A DNA stretch of 64,000 bases, from the NCBI GenBank assembly GCA_964234715.1, contig OZ174282.1; one strand, 5' to 3'. The notes beneath the pieces were generated by a model. The model had not been told where the DNA came from. It worked only from the letters and a program-made list of their open reading frames with translations, and did not search any database. Made by a program: the position numbers and the translations under genes. This stretch comes from Podarcis melisellensis. Its lineage: Eukaryota. Shown here one piece after another: positions 49,770 through 61,500 of the stretch; within the stretch, counting starts at the first letter, position 1; every line of letters begins with the position of its first letter.

Positions 49770-50837
49770 TCCTTGACAGGGCTGCCTGGGGCTGTTAAGA
49801 TGTGGAAGTTACAACGTCAGGAGCCCAGGTTCACCACACCTGCTCTAAAGGAAGACACCATTTTGTTGACTTCTTGAAAATTCACAGAAGTTTCAGAAAT
49901 GCAAAAACCAGTACTAATGAAGGAGTTTGTAAATACAGTCTCACGCCCACACCAATTCTTTTTTCAATAAACAAAGCATTTATTTTAATTTAATTAACTC
50001 AGATTCCTAGAAAATATATGTTCCAAGTATAGCAACCACAACTTCCTGTAGTTTCGTATGTTTGGGAGGGGGAAGGTAATTGTTGAAGCATCACCCCTGC
50101 TGCCCTACAACATTTCCTCTTAATTCAAGATGGAGAAGTTTACTTTCTCATGTATTGATCTGTTGCGATGATGGGCACAGAGCCACAGACCCATTACTCA
50201 CTCATTGCACATTCCACCCCCAAAACCTGACAAGTCATGCTCTTGGAATGTTTCCTACAGATTTACCAGCTTTAGGAAACAGCTGTAGTTCCTCTACCAC
50301 CCATCTGCATTTCTGCAGAGAGCAAATACAGGAGAATTAGAAGGTGGTGGTGGTGTTTTTTTAAAGGGAGAAATTCCTTTTAGCAGAGATGACCCAAAAT
50401 AGTTTTGTTCCTGAGTCAGAAAACCCCAAATGGTGGTTCCTCTTCTCCACTCTGTCCCACCCTCATCTTGGAAGTAAAAATATAATGATAAATCAAATCT
50501 TTAACAATTCTCCCCTATTTTAATGGTCAACCTGCCTTTTAGATTTTAAACCATTGCCAAGTCTGCTAATTTAAGTCTCTCGGGGCGACGGAGGGAAATG
50601 TGTTGGTAGTTATGTGTTATTCTGATCCCCTTGTTGGGTATGAACATGGGTTCAAATTCCAGTCAGCCATGAAACAGCTTTTGATAAGTTCGTGCTAAGC
50701 GCTGTTCCGGTTTGGCATGACTCACTGGATTATTGTGAGGATAAAATACAATAATGACATATAACTCAACCTGATATGGGGAAGGGCTGACATTGCCCAG
50801 TTAGGACTGGGAAAGATCACAGCCTGAAACCCTAGAA

Positions 50838-50971
50838 CAGGGGTGAGGCACTTATAGTCCTCCAGATGTTGTTGGAATGCCACTCCCATCATTCCTGATG
50901 ATCATGCTGGCTGGGGCTGATGGGATCTGGAGTCCAACTACATCTGGAGGGCCTTAAGGATCCCCACCCCT
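50838..50971. mobile_element. Short hAT-like palindromic MITE inserted in a SINE remnant
   Basis: caggggtgagg...cctccagatgttgttgga...ctcccatca / tgatgggatctggagtccaactacatctggaggg...ccccaccccta. Confidence 0.75.
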
Positions 50972-51059
50972 ATCTTAGACTACTACTCGGATAGACAACT
51001 AGATGGAGCAATGGTCTTGACGGTATAAGTCAGCTTGGCGAGTGCTATTACACTGAGGA

Positions 51060-51162
51060 ACTGTTTACAGGCTTCCCAAAGGCATCTGGTGGGCTGCTGT
51101 GAGAGCAGCATGCTGGACTAGATGGGCCTTTGAAGTGATCCAGCATGTTCTTTGTATGTCCT
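51060..51162 (+). mobile_element. CR1 3'UTR fragment
   Basis: ggcatctggtgggctgctgtgagag...atgctggactagatgggcc...gatccagca...tatgtcctt. Confidence 0.7.
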
Positions 51163-52824
51163 TATTGCATACCCACACCCATTGGTGATCCACTGCTGAC
51201 TCCAACCTACCCCTGTCTGGACTTCTATTTCTCCTTACTTTGTAGATGTCTGTCTTCTCCAAGCATGTGAGCAGTGATGATAATGATATCAAGGAGGAAG
51301 GAGCAGGGACCTTCATTCACCTAGTCCTCTTTTTCCGACCACTGGTGTAGATTGAGCTCAGAGGGATGGAAAGCTAGTGGCAAGAAGGGGGGGGCTTTCT
51401 TTTTCTATCAAGGCCTGTGCTCCCTATGGTGGTGGTGGGATAACCTGTCAGGGATCACATGTCAGCAATGGGGGGGCCCAGAACCCAAAATTGGGTGGGT
51501 CCACCTCTCCCCCCACACCTCTTTTCTCTCCTCAGGCTTGTGGCGGATGAGTGAGGGAGAAAGACAAATCACTCTTGTAAAATGTCTGAACTGATCACTT
51601 TGCAGAGGGGCTTTAGAAATTAGGCCAAAGGCCACATGAAATTAAGCTGCAGGTTGTGTCTACCCTGACCGAAGTTCATGAAGATATGAACTGGCTCATA
51701 CAAAACTCTGTTGAACAAGAACATTGGTAATCTAATGTAGTAATTTGGAGGGGGGGGGGAGAGAGAGATGACAAATCTAAATAATCCGTCACTTAAAAAC
51801 CCTCTTTTTTTTAAAAAAAAAAATATATGCACTCTTACTTAATGTACATTTTGGAAACTCATTATTTCTCCCTGAATCATTTCAATGCCATGCTAGGAAG
51901 GAGTGATTTCATGCCATTTTCTCTTCCCTCACCCCCCACCCAAAAAAGTAGGTGGAATTACTCAGTACTTTGGTATAATTGTTCTGAGTCCTTTTTCTGA
52001 ATTCGAAGAGAAAATGTGCAGAAGAGATGTACAGCAGGCACCCAATGTGATGGAAAGGTATAATTTGGCCACCTACCACTAGCTGCTGAAAAGTAATTTT
52101 AAAGGCCGGGTGCCGATCAGGATTAATCACCCAGTTCGTTACTGAAAAACACGTCTTTCCTTTCCCACACCTTTGTGTGTTCCTTGCTAAATAGTGTAAG
52201 GAGAGAGAGGAACAACCTCTTTGACCGTATTTGCTTGGGAGAAAGATAGTCCAGCTCTAACCAAAAGGGTTCCCTTTGTATTGACACATTCCAGTGTTCC
52301 CTTCCTATATAGGACTTCCTTTTGTAGAAATAATCCGTGGTCATTGCTGGTGGTGCAAAGATAAAAAGTCTGCCCCTGCCCCCTTTTCCTGCAGACTGTT
52401 TATGGACCCTGTCAGCTCAGTTACCTTCAGTTGAACTCCATCGATGGACATGGCCAAGTGTTCCCCTTCAAATGAAGGGAGGGTGGTGGTGAGGGGAAGA
52501 GCATTGTTGAAAGGAGGTGACCTCTTCGTCACCCTCTTCTGTCATCATGATGCCTTTATGGGTGTGTGTGTGTTTTTTTAAATTCTTTCTGAACCACAAC
52601 AACTTTCCATCCTCTTCCCTAGAGACATAGTGGGGATTTTTTCTTTTTCTTTTTTTCCTTTTCAGCATTGCACCCTCTCTGTCACTCTTGAGTTCATTTG
52701 ACTTAGACTTCATAGTCAAAAGCTGTGAAGTGCCTCTTTTTTGTTTTTAATTAAAAAAATAACTTTTATTTATTCCTTATGGGACCAACAGTGCTGTATT
52801 TTCATATATAATCAGAACTAAGTG

Positions 52825-52995
52825 GCTCCCCATAGTGTAGTTGGGCTGACTTGCTGGGAGACCTTGAGCCAGCCGCTGTCTCTCAACCTAACCTACCTCA
52901 CATTTCGGTTGCATGGGTAATGTGGAGAACATGTATGCTACCACGATGTCCTTGAGGGAAAAGCAGGGAGAGGACATAGATGCAATAAGTAAATA
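52825..52995 (+). mobile_element. CORE/MIR-like SINE remnant
   Basis: gaccttgagccagccgctgtctctcaacctaacctacctcaca...atgcaataagtaaata; similar to 56192-56412. Confidence 0.6.
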
Positions 52996-53012
52996 TATGT
53001 AACATTCCACCC

Positions 53013-53216
53013 CAGAGCTGTGCAGCAAGTTTAGTTATGTTCAATTATCTAGAATAATCTTTTGGAGAATATTCTCGAGAATATTCTCTATTAACGAGGT
53101 GTGTACATTTAAAGCAGCTGTGCAGACGACACAGAATTTACAGTTTGTGGAGAATATTCTCCAGAGAATTTTCTAGCAGAGAATATTCTCGAGAATATTC
53201 TCACCGCACATCACTA
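53013..53216. repeat. Unit rich in GAGAATATTCTC palindromes, possible hAT/Ac-like MITE
   Basis: 24-bp double palindromes at 53065-53088 and 53179-53202, 16-bp palindrome at 53148-53163; ends cagagctgtgcag / ccgcacatcacta are weakly inverted. Confidence 0.6.
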
Positions 53217-55349
53217 AGCAAGATTCTCTCATTGCAGATCTCATTCATGAATCCCAAGTTAGTCATGTCCATTAACTTCAGTGGGTCTGCACTGCGTAGG
53301 ACTAGCACTGGACACAGCACATGAAAATCAGGTGTGAGAATTGCCAGTGAAAAGGAAAGAGGTGTGGGTGGAGGAGACTGAGAGAGAAGCATTATGTCAC
53401 CAAGATTCTCTGCCAGCTGTGATGGAGCCGGACTATTGATGAATCCCTGGCTGTAGGCCAGTCTTTCCTGGACTCAAATGTAATTCAGGGAGAGGGCAGG
53501 GGAGGAGAAGGGCGGGAGGAGGGAGAGAGAACCAGACAGAGAAATTGATTGTTAGTTTAATGTGATTTGACATCAGGGAAAGTGGAAGTAGAGGACAAGG
53601 AAAAGCCACAACCTCAGTGCTACATTAGCAGCACTTTGACATTACAGAATTTATTGGTGCCCTGTTTCTCTCCTGGAGACAGACTTTTTAGAATCCTTTC
53701 CAGGGCAAGAGAAATATGGCCAAGGTTTGTGTATGAATGATAGCTTTGTGTGCAGGAGACACAGCTTGCAGGCACTCTCCCTGCCACCCCCCCCCCCCCC
53801 CCCCGTTGCTCAGCACCTACAGGGAAAGGATGGAGAGGGCAGAGCAGTCAAACAGCTGGAAGATGATATCCATTCTTTGTTAAGGCCATCAGTAATTTCT
53901 CTGGATGGGGAAAGATCACAGCTATGAGTTGTCAAAGTGATCCAGAAACGTCCCTGGCTGGTTATAGAATCCTGTCCTTGACAAGAAAGCTATCTATCAA
54001 ACTGTATCTGGGCAAGTTCAACCATTTGGCTAAGTAATGATGTGCAACAGAGCCCAATTGGACTCCTTAATGTAGGGTTGTTGGTAGGGTTGAATCCTGG
54101 CAGTGTGGGAAGGGGTACAGACCTTGCTCCTTAAATTGGGGTTGTCATATATTATGAAACCCCTCATACCTTAAAAAATGATGGCTCTTCCAATGCTGGG
54201 TGCTTGCAATTTGTTCGTTTGCATCATCATACATATTACTCCTAATTCCCTTTCATGTGTGGTGTTACCTTGTCGTAGGCTTGTTGAAGTTGTGTGAAGC
54301 ATCATATTTTGAAGTGAGCATTTTGGCTATTGTTTCACACATGAGGCCTCTCTTGCTTACGTAACAGCAAAATACCAACCAAATGTTAGGAATGTGTCCT
54401 AAGTATTTGTGCAGGTTGTTGCTGACCACTGTGTGTGTTTATTTATTTACAGCTTACTTCCCAACAAAACATTTTACTCAAAGCGATAATGTATATGATA
54501 ATGTGGTGACTGTGTTTTGGACCAAGTGCAATTTCCAGAACATATTTAAAGTCAGCCTTTAAAGATTGCATCAGGAGTCCAATCTGGGCATAACTGGAGC
54601 ATGTGTGACCTAGTCTGGGTCTACTAAGCACTGCAATATTTCTCGCTTTCCTTAGTATGTGGTTTGTTGGTTGCTTGCCATGCAAATAGGTATGGGAGGA
54701 GATTGCAGCTTATGTCACACACCAAGACACATTAGGTTCTCTAAAGAGTCTATTTCTTTTCCTCTCTCTTGTTGGTGGTGGTTTAGGAGAAGTATGCAGA
54801 CAGGCTTAGAGGTATGTAAGGGCATTATTGTGGAAGGTAAGAGAAAATGTCCCGTCTGAAGTAACCACGAGACGAGAGCTCTGGGCCTGTGCTTTATACG
54901 GGGCAAGAAATCCTGTATTGTTTGCTAATTCTCTCCCAGACTGGAAAATACTTCACGTCTGTCCTCGCGGAAAACATGTCATGAAAGAGTGTTTGTACGA
55001 GAGGCATCTTTGTTCATTGTTCCCCTCAGCCAGTGTAACTTGACATATTCTGCATTAAAGGCGGAGGTACCTTGAAAACAGCATTTTGTTTTGCTTTTTA
55101 AAGCATGAAAGAAAGGAAGAAAGGAAAGGAAAAAACAGCTCACAGTCATGGAACTGGAAAGCCACCCCAAGGACCAGGTCCTGAGCAGCGCTATGAAGCT
55201 AGAGCCAGATGTGAAGACAGGTCTCGAGGACTTTAACAGGACAGCATTGACCACTGTGTTATTTCCCCCCTTGCCTCCATGCCACACTTCAGCCTTCATA
55301 ACTTCCACCCTTTTTTTGTATCAGCTTCACACCATCATCCTTTGTGGAA

Positions 55350-55800
55350 GATTAAGCTGTTCATGGATGATATTGGTATCGGTGACTACTAGCCATGATG
55401 AGTGTAGTGTCTGAGGCAGCAAGTCTCTGAATACCAGTTGCTGTTGCACTCATGTCTTGCTTTCAGGCTTCTCAGGGCAACCCAGATGACCACTGTGAGA
55501 ATAGGGTGCTGGACTATTTTGATGTATCCAGTTTGGACATCTTTAAAAGAGGATTAGGCAATTCATGGAGGATAAATCTTTCAATGACTACTGGGCCCAG
55601 TGGCTATGTTCTCTCTCCACTGTTGGGGGCAATATGCCTCTGCATTCCAGTTGCTAAGAATCAAAGTGGAGGAGAGTTGCTATTGAACTCTCTGATCCTA
55701 CTTTGGGGCTTCCTTCAGGTGTCTGGTTGGTCACTATGAAAAGAGGATGCTGGTCTAGATGGTTCTTTCATCCTGATCTTGCAGGACTGCTCTTATGTTT
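55350..55800 (+). mobile_element. CR1 3' fragments (two pieces)
   Basis: ctttaaaagaggattaggcaattcatggaggataa...ggctatgttctc...ggatgctggtctagatgg...gctcttatgtt. Confidence 0.8.
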
Positions 55801-55816
55801 GCACATGTTAGCATTT

Positions 55817-55883
55817 TCCCCCTCCCTCCCTCCCTCCCCCCCTCCCTCCCCCCCCTCCTCTCTCCCTCCTCCCCCCAGCCTCC
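55817..55883. repeat. (CCCT)n-like polypyrimidine tract
   Basis: Direct reading; G-rich minus strand. Confidence 0.85.
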
Positions 55884-56191
55884 CATGGGGCTCTGAGGTT
55901 TCTGAATGCAGTAAATAACATTTTTAATACCTTCTATTGTGGAAAGGGCATGCCTAACCTCACATTTCCAAATGGGCATATCTTGATGGCCCAGGCCAGC
56001 TGTAAAGTATGATCCAAGATCATACTATGACTCTCATGTTACACACAGAAGCAGGAGATCAAGTATGTCATGCAGGGGAGTGAGGAAAACACAAACTTGT
56101 GACATAGGTAGCCGTACTCAGAATACACTCATTGAAAATAGCGGCTATTACTAACAAATCTCTTGATTGAACATTGGCTGTATTCTGCGAT

Positions 56192-56412
56192 CCAGTGTGG
56201 TGTAGTGGTTGGAGTGTTGAACTAGGAGACTAGCAGGGTCCAAATTCCCACTCTGACATGAAGCTTGCTGGATGACCTTGGTTCACTGGCTCTCAGCCTA
56301 ACCCTCCTCATAGGGTTGTTGTGGGGGTTGAATTAGGAGGGAGAAACCATATACACCACCTTGAGCTCCTTTGAAAAAAGGTGGGATATAAATGCAATAA
56401 ATAAATAATAAA
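56192..56412 (+). mobile_element. CORE/MIR-like tRNA-derived SINE
   Basis: cagtgtggtgtagtggttggagtgttgaactag (A-box)...gaccttgg...ctctcagcctaacc.tcctcatagggttgttgtg (CORE-like)...gggatataaatgcaataaataaataa. Confidence 0.8.
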
Positions 56413-56458
56413 ACTTACAGTTGAATACAACCCAGAATGAATATGAGGCTTACTGGTT

Positions 56459-56872
56459 TGGAAAAGGGGTGTGGCTAGGTCTTAGAGCACATACTTTGTG
56501 TGCAGAAGACCCTAGGTTCAGTCCCCAGCATCTCCAGGTAGGGCTGGGAGAGAAACCTGTCTGAAATCCTAGAGAGCTGCTGCTAGTCAGTGTAGACAAT
56601 ACTGAGGTTGGTGGATTTGGGATAAAGCTGCTTCCTATACAGTGGTACCTCGGGTTACATACGCTTCAGGTTACAGACTCCGCTAACCCAGAAATAGTAC
56701 CTCGGGTTAAGAACTTTGCTTCAGGATGAGAACAGAAATTGTGCTCCAGCGGTGTAGCAGCAGTGGGAGGCCCCATTAGCTAAAGTGGTGCTTCAGGTTA
56801 AGAACAGTTTCAGGTTAAGAACGGACCAACGGAACGAATTAAGTACTTAACCCGAGGTACCACTGTGTTCCC
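56459..56872 (+). mobile_element. tRNA-derived SINE with CR1-like tail, interrupted at its tail by MITE copy 5
   Basis: ggttcagtccccagcatctccaggtagggctggg...gtagacaatactgag...gcttcctata[MITE]tgttcc. Confidence 0.8.
56640..56865 (-). mobile_element. Tc1/mariner (Tigger/pogo-like) MITE, copy 5
   Basis: TA|cagtggtacctcgggtta...taacccgaggtaccactg|TG; the right TSD deviates. Confidence 0.92.
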
Positions 56873-57919
56873 ATGCAGGATAGTACTTCCTTAAAAAAAG
56901 GCATTTGGTGGGTTGGAGTCCACAACCCAGGTTAGGTATGGTTTAGGTTGGAGGTTGGTTCTTTTGGCCAAATGTGAGGGCTTTCTTTTGTACCCTGGCT
57001 TTTGAGCGACTGGACTATTGTCACCCTTGTTACCCAAATGTCAGATTTGTCCCTCTTGAATCTGCAATGTTGTCAAGAGAAGCTGCTCTCAATTTCTAAC
57101 AAATGCCTTCTCCACCCTCACATAGTTCTTATAAGTTCTGCAGGGTAGGGACTACGAAGACTACTGTAGGTGAAACATGAAAGGCGATTGCGTGTTTTCT
57201 TCCATGCAGATAAGAGTGTGTTTTTTTAAAAAACAAAAGGGTTGTATGTTTGAGGTGTGGCATTCTTGGTTTCTTTCTTTTACCCTGGTGTTGACGAAGC
57301 AAGTTTCTGTGAGCCAGTGTGGGAGTTGGAGAGCAGGAAGGAGAGGGTTGGTTTGGCAGGTTGATCAAATGAAGGTTTAATCCATTTTCAATCCATCTGC
57401 CCTCTTATTACTCTCCAATCTTCTTTTGAAGATGTTGTGGGTCTCTTTACAGCGATTAAAGCACAATCCAGTTACGTGGATTCTGACGGCGTGCATCCCA
57501 GCCTCTTCATCCCCTCCACCCCAGATGCCCCATATTTTATGGTAGGGAAAAAGTGAGAGAGAGCAAGCAGATGGTATCAGCTAGAACTACCTGTTTGTAC
57601 TGAATAGAAGTTTACAGGAGAACATCATAGTGTTTGAAAGGGACACTACAGGTAGTACATAAACCTTCTGCAAGGAGCACCAGCTGCTTCAGGCCTCTGG
57701 GTGCATGTTATGTCCCAAACTACCATGGAGATGTCTTGCCTTAGGCAAACAGCTAACAGCTACTGCACCAAAGTCATCCACTTAAAATTAATTCTCATTG
57801 TGTGGCTGTGGAGAGTACTTAGAAATCCAGAGAGCCACTCAACATGTCTGTTTGCTTGTATCTGTAGTTAGATTGATGGATAAGGTCCACTTCATGTATA
57901 GAATCATAGAATCTATCCA

Positions 57920-57992
57920 AGGGACCCAAGTTAGTCATGTCCATTAATTTCAGTGGGTCTACTCTGATTGGATTAGCAGTGGCTACAACCCT
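57920..57992. mobile_element. Half copy of the short palindromic MITE
   Basis: cccaagttagtcatgtccattaatttcagtgggtctactctga...ggctacaaccc, nearly identical to ~53253-53300. Confidence 0.6.
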
Positions 57993-59639
57993 ATATCTTC
58001 TCAATCTCTAATGACCCTTCCATCGTATGCTCACAACTGGACCCTTTAGGAAGGCTTTTCAGCCATTACTCTTTCTTTGATTCTACATTTTTAAAAAAAT
58101 GCTTTTAACTGCTGTGGTTAAATAATTTTTTGATGGTGATTTGGGTATTCTCTCTAGATGTTTTGAGTGGCAAAGACGTTTCTCTGCTACTGTAGTGCTT
58201 TAGTTATTTAAGTTACTTTGTTAGGAGCCTTGGGCTGGTTGAAGAAAGTAGGGTGTGTAGAGTGTGTGTGTTTGCCCTCTCCTTTCTCCCTCCTTCCTCT
58301 CTTGTCTCCCTGACCATCAAAAGTTAAAATTCTCAAGACTTTGGAGCCATATGCTTCATTTGGCTTCTGCTAATAATATGAAGCAGGGTGGGAAACCTTT
58401 TCCAGCCTGTCGTTGTTGTTTAATAAATTTGTGCACAGCCCTTCACCCATAGATCTCAGGGCAGTTGGTAACATAAAAATACAAGATAAAAAACATAATA
58501 AAAACAGGAACAAACACAAATGAATAGCCTAGGAAGTGGGGTGGTTTTTTCCTCATCTCATAGGCGTAAGAACTGCTAAGTTTTTCTGAGATACACAGAA
58601 ATTTCTGAGGGGTGGGGTAGACTGGGAATTGAAGGGTGAAAAGCTATTGCACAGTGCATGGGTGCAAAGCAACTGTGGGGAGAGTGGGAGTTCTGGAGCC
58701 CTTTCTCTCTCTCCCCATCCACCCGAGGGGGAACTGACAAAGGGCAGTGCAAAGAAAACTCTGTCCCAAAAGCCAGTTCTGGGGTCGAGGTCAGTTATTC
58801 TGGCCTAGAAAACACAAGGCTCCCAGCAGCCGCCCTTGTCAACCCAGAGAACGCTCAGTGACATGCATACCAGGATTTGACAATGAAACCAGAGGGGAGG
58901 AAAAGGGGGCAGGGCTATCTTTTTATAAACTACTCGGTTGTGGGAGGAAAGCCTTCCCAGCACAGACTCAGGGTAGCAGCAGCCATTCTGGGATGGCGAC
59001 AGCTAACAAAAGAGCAGGGGGGATGGAAAAGGGGGCCAAGGGCCCCCTTGGCGAGCTATTGTTTCCGTGCTCCATGTCGAATAACCGTGACTCCCCTGAC
59101 CTCTTGGTGTGCTCTCCTGAATGAGGGCTTCAGGACACCTGCCACACCAAACAGCTGAGGCAAAAAGTATTAAGGGCCTGGCTTCCCAGCACTGTTTTGC
59201 TGCTACTCCCCACCCCCCATTCCTTTGTAGCAGAAAGGATAACAAACCTTCCCATTGTCAAATCTGCCCTCTGCCCCCCTTCCCTCCCCCTTTCTCCCCA
59301 TTCCAGTTAATGGTGCCCATTTTTTATTGGTTAAGGTTCCCATCTGCTTGGAAACCGGTTACGCTGTTAAGGAGGACCAGGGTAGGGGGAGAGATTAAAA
59401 CCTTGCCTCTAAATGCCAGGATTATCATTATTAATAGTGGTAGCAATATTTATTCTTTTGCAATGCCAAAATGAGTACAGATCTACAATAGATATTTTTG
59501 TTCCCCAGTGGTGAATTTGCTCTTTTTCTTTCAACCTAGATTGGGTCAGGCGTCAGGGGCTATTTATTCACAGGACCTCTCTGGAATATTACCAGTGGGG
59601 TTCTGTGCACAAGAGTGGACCGTGCTTCGGCTTCATTTC

Positions 59640-59898
59640 AGCACCGCTGACGGCAGCTGTCCAAGGAAGTCTTTCCTAGTCTTATCTAGAGATGTCAGGG
59701 ATTGAACATGGAGCCTTCTGCATGCAAAGCAGATGCACTAACCCCTAAGCCATGACCTTCAAGACATGGGAAGCTGCTTTATACTGACTGAGACTTGTGT
59801 TTCATCAGTACACAGACTGGTTGTGGCACTCTATAGGGTTTCAGTCAAGGGGCATTCTAGCCCACCTGGAAATGCCAGGGATCAAACTGGGGACCTTC
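59640..59898 (-). mobile_element. Two tandem tRNA-derived SINE remnants
   Basis: cagggattgaacatggagccttctgcatgcaaagcagatg ... acatgggaagctgctttatactga ... gccagggatcaaactggggaccttc. Confidence 0.7.
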
Positions 59899-60274
59899 AA
59901 AAATCAAGTATTATTGATGAATTTACTCTAAACCTGCTTAACAGCATGTAGCAATGCTGCTGAAATCTTAGAAGCCAGACTAGATGAATAAGGTCTTCAG
60001 TCTCTTGTACAACTCTGTAACTTCTGAACACCGACTAAAGCAGGGGAAAAACCCTATTTCAAATGTGTATGTGCATAATTTTGATAGCATCACAGAATAC
60101 ATGTTTTTCTTGCTGCAATATTTGTCTTGGTGTGATTATTGTTAAGCTTGCCTGGATATATTTGGGGGCGGGGTGAAGGTCCTGGTTCCTAATACTTCAG
60201 CAGTTATTGTCACATGCTGTCCAACCAGTTTGGGAGCACATTTTGCCAATAATACTTGATCACCACTGGCTACC

Positions 60275-60375
60275 AATAATAATAGTGATGATGATAATTT
60301 ATTATTTGTACCCCGCCCATCTGGCTGGGTTTCCCCTGCCACTCTGGGCGGCTTCCAACAAAGATTAAAAAATAC
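60275..60375 (-). mobile_element. L2-type LINE 3' terminus
   Basis: (aat)n tail plus tttgtaccccgcccatctggctgggtttcccctgccactctgggcggcttccaaca, resembling squamate L2 3' ends. Confidence 0.65.
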
Positions 60376-61199
60376 ATTACTTAATTCCTGAACCCCATCT
60401 GAAGCGCTACCTGTCACCCTTTGAGGCTTAAATAGTTTGGATCTAGCTTACTTCCAAATGATACTGGGCCACTTACGTCAATATAATATTGGTGGTCCAT
60501 TGAGATGGGAAAGGGGACTTCACTCTGTGAGTCCCCCATTACCAGAAATTAGAAGGGTGTGTATGTCAAAGGATTTTTTTCATCCCTTCTTTGTATTCCC
60601 ATTAAACCAAGGCCCAACTCTTTATACCAGATATAATCACAACTTCCCTAATGTTACAGTGATTTTCTAGCTCTTGTATCTGGTAATATATTTTTAAGGA
60701 CAGTCGCCCTTCATTTTGCCTTGGCTCATGACTTCCTGTGTGCACAACCCTCCTCATGTCAGGAGGCCTTTGATCCTTTAATTGGTTTCTATCCACCTGA
60801 TCCCATTTCCCCCCCCTCCCCTGGAGCTAAAATCTATTTCTCCATAATGCCTCCTTCTGCAGCTTCTCATTACAGTCCTTTAACCAGAGATCCTTATGAA
60901 CTAAATTCTATTAAGTGTTGTTCTCCAGTCAAATTACCTTTTGGGGCTTTTTCATAAATAGTGTACATTTCTCTCTGTGTGCATTTCAGTGGATAGCCCA
61001 TTGCCTCAAGAGGTTGGGACAATTCATATGGGAAATAAATTAGTATATATCATTTTTAAAACTTTTCAGAAATAGAATGAATGAAAGAGTAATGATAGTT
61101 TTAAATTTATATGTGGGGAGAGGAGTGATATACTTCAAACTGCTACTTTTTGAACAATTAGAAAGAAGTGTTAATTATACATATGGAATTAGAAGAAAA

Positions 61200-61500
61200 C
61201 CAATCGGTTCATCAAGTGCTAGTCCTACTCAGAGTAGACCCATTTAACTTATTGGCCATGAGTATATCACTATTATACTTAATTGGGTTGTATCTATCTC
61301 TCTGTCTTAACAACAACAACAAAAGCAACAACAACCCTGTCCCGAGTCACCCAGTGAGCTAGGAAACTGAAGGCCTTAAAGTATGAGTTATATGCAAGGC
61401 TACTCCTACTCACAGTAGACCCAGAGAAGGTAATGAAGACAACAAAGTTAAGTTCATCAGCTGTGCAGTTTGTCTACCCTTGAGTATAACCAATAGGATT
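61200..61500. mobile_element. Two degenerate copies of the short palindromic MITE
   Basis: gctagtcctactcagagtagacccatt and ctactcctactcacagtagacccag...tctacccttgagtataac. Confidence 0.5.
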
